Below, piece by piece: positions 63,378 to 64,000 of a stretch of 64,000 bases of DNA. The translations under genes and the position numbers were made by a program. A model generated the notes under the pieces. That model saw only the letters and a program-made list of their open reading frames with translations, had not been told where the DNA came from and ran no database searches. Source of the stretch: Fervidicoccaceae archaeon (GTDB lineage: Archaea > Thermoproteota > Thermoprotei_A > Sulfolobales > Fervidicoccaceae); NCBI GenBank assembly GCA_038734945.1, contig JAVYOA010000002.1, forward strand, positions 310,001 to 374,000, written 5' to 3'. The stretch's first letter is position 1; each line of letters begins with the position of its first letter.

Positions 63378-63944
63378 ATGGAGAACAATGATGTTGTCGT
63401 ACCAGGAGAGGAGCTGGCAGTCATAGAGGAGTTCTCTCCACTGAACGGAACATACAGCGATGAGAATGGCTTCGTGAGAGCCTCGCTTTTGGGAAAGGTT
63501 TCGAAAGATCTATTGAACAAGGTAATAAGAGTAAATCCCGTGAAGTCCAGGTATGCTTTTCCCATGGTGAAGGATATCGTTATTGGGTATGTTAGCTTCT
63601 TGAGGGGAGAGATAGCCATGGTGAATATTGTGAGAGATGGAAACCTCAGGCCTTTGACAGGACAGCTGGCTGGCTTTCTCCATATCTCACAGACGGGAGC
63701 TGAGGGAAGGCACATCAGTGAGCACATTGCCCCAGGGGATCTTATAAGAGCAAGAGTGATATCGTCTGAAAATCCATTTCAGCTTTCAATAAAGCATCCC
63801 TCACTCGGAGTCATCCTGGCCTCGTGCTCTCAGTGTGGGGCCATACTGCGGAGAGATGGAGACAAGCTAGTTTGTCCAAAGTGTGGAAACATTGAGAAAA
63901 GAAAAATTGCCTCAGGATATCTGAATTTAAAAAGAATAGAGTAG
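63378..63944 (+). CDS. csl4: Exosome RNA-binding subunit Csl4
   Basis: VVPGEELAVIEEF, S1 domain, GD.IRARV, LGVILA.CS.CG...CPKCG..EKRKIA. Confidence 0.95.
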   Translation: MENNDVVVPGEELAVIEEFSPLNGTYSDENGFVRASLLGKVSKDLLNKVIRVNPVKSRYAFPMVKDIVIGYVSFLRGEIAMVNIVRDGNLRPLTGQLAGFLHISQTGAEGRHISEHIAPGDLIRARVISSENPFQLSIKHPSLGVILASCSQCGAILRRDGDKLVCPKCGNIEKRKIASGYLNLKRIE

Positions 63945-64000
63945 AGATCTTCTAGAGGTTTGTTGAAACGAGAGAGAAGGTGGGTTTTCCGTTTTGACGG

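Overview
Chromosomal segment of a hyperthermophilic crenarchaeon (Thermoprotei; 16S-23S operon with no spacer tRNA and no linked 5S; Desulfurococcales/Fervidicoccales-like by impression). Left to right: a cobamide salvage operon (cobT-cbiS-cobY-cobD-cobS-cbiB) abutting an intron-containing tRNA-Ser; a Cys-less thiolase-like/DUF35 pair; tRNA-Glu and tRNA-Ala; a DsrE-TusA-SQR-DUF1641 sulfur module; PEP carboxykinase; a threonine operon; a Thermococcales-like tungsten AOR with its radical-SAM maturase; a ~17 kb secretion/appendage locus; tRNA-Gly; speE; the rRNA operon preceded by an unexplained ~140-nt GC-rich hairpin; a cysteine synthase coupled to a minimal SerK-like protein; and conserved translation/RNA-modification genes. 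The best candidate for a new system is 25426-42509. It interleaves type IV SECRETION parts (VirB4-like ATPase, a VirB6-like protein carrying N-terminal pilin-like hairpins and a PKD/Ig domain, VirB3/PrgI-like protein, VirB2/TedC-like pilin, VirD4-like ATPase) with a complete type IV PILUS set (four class III pilins, assembly ATPase, TadC platform). No relaxase, integrase or att repeat is visible, so it looks like a domesticated contact-plus-DNA-exchange machine. An IS607 element (dead tnpA, intact tnpB with an atypical RuvC-III) splits one gene of this locus, and that gene can be rebuilt in frame across the CC/GG junctions. All family calls come from motif recognition by eye, not database searches.
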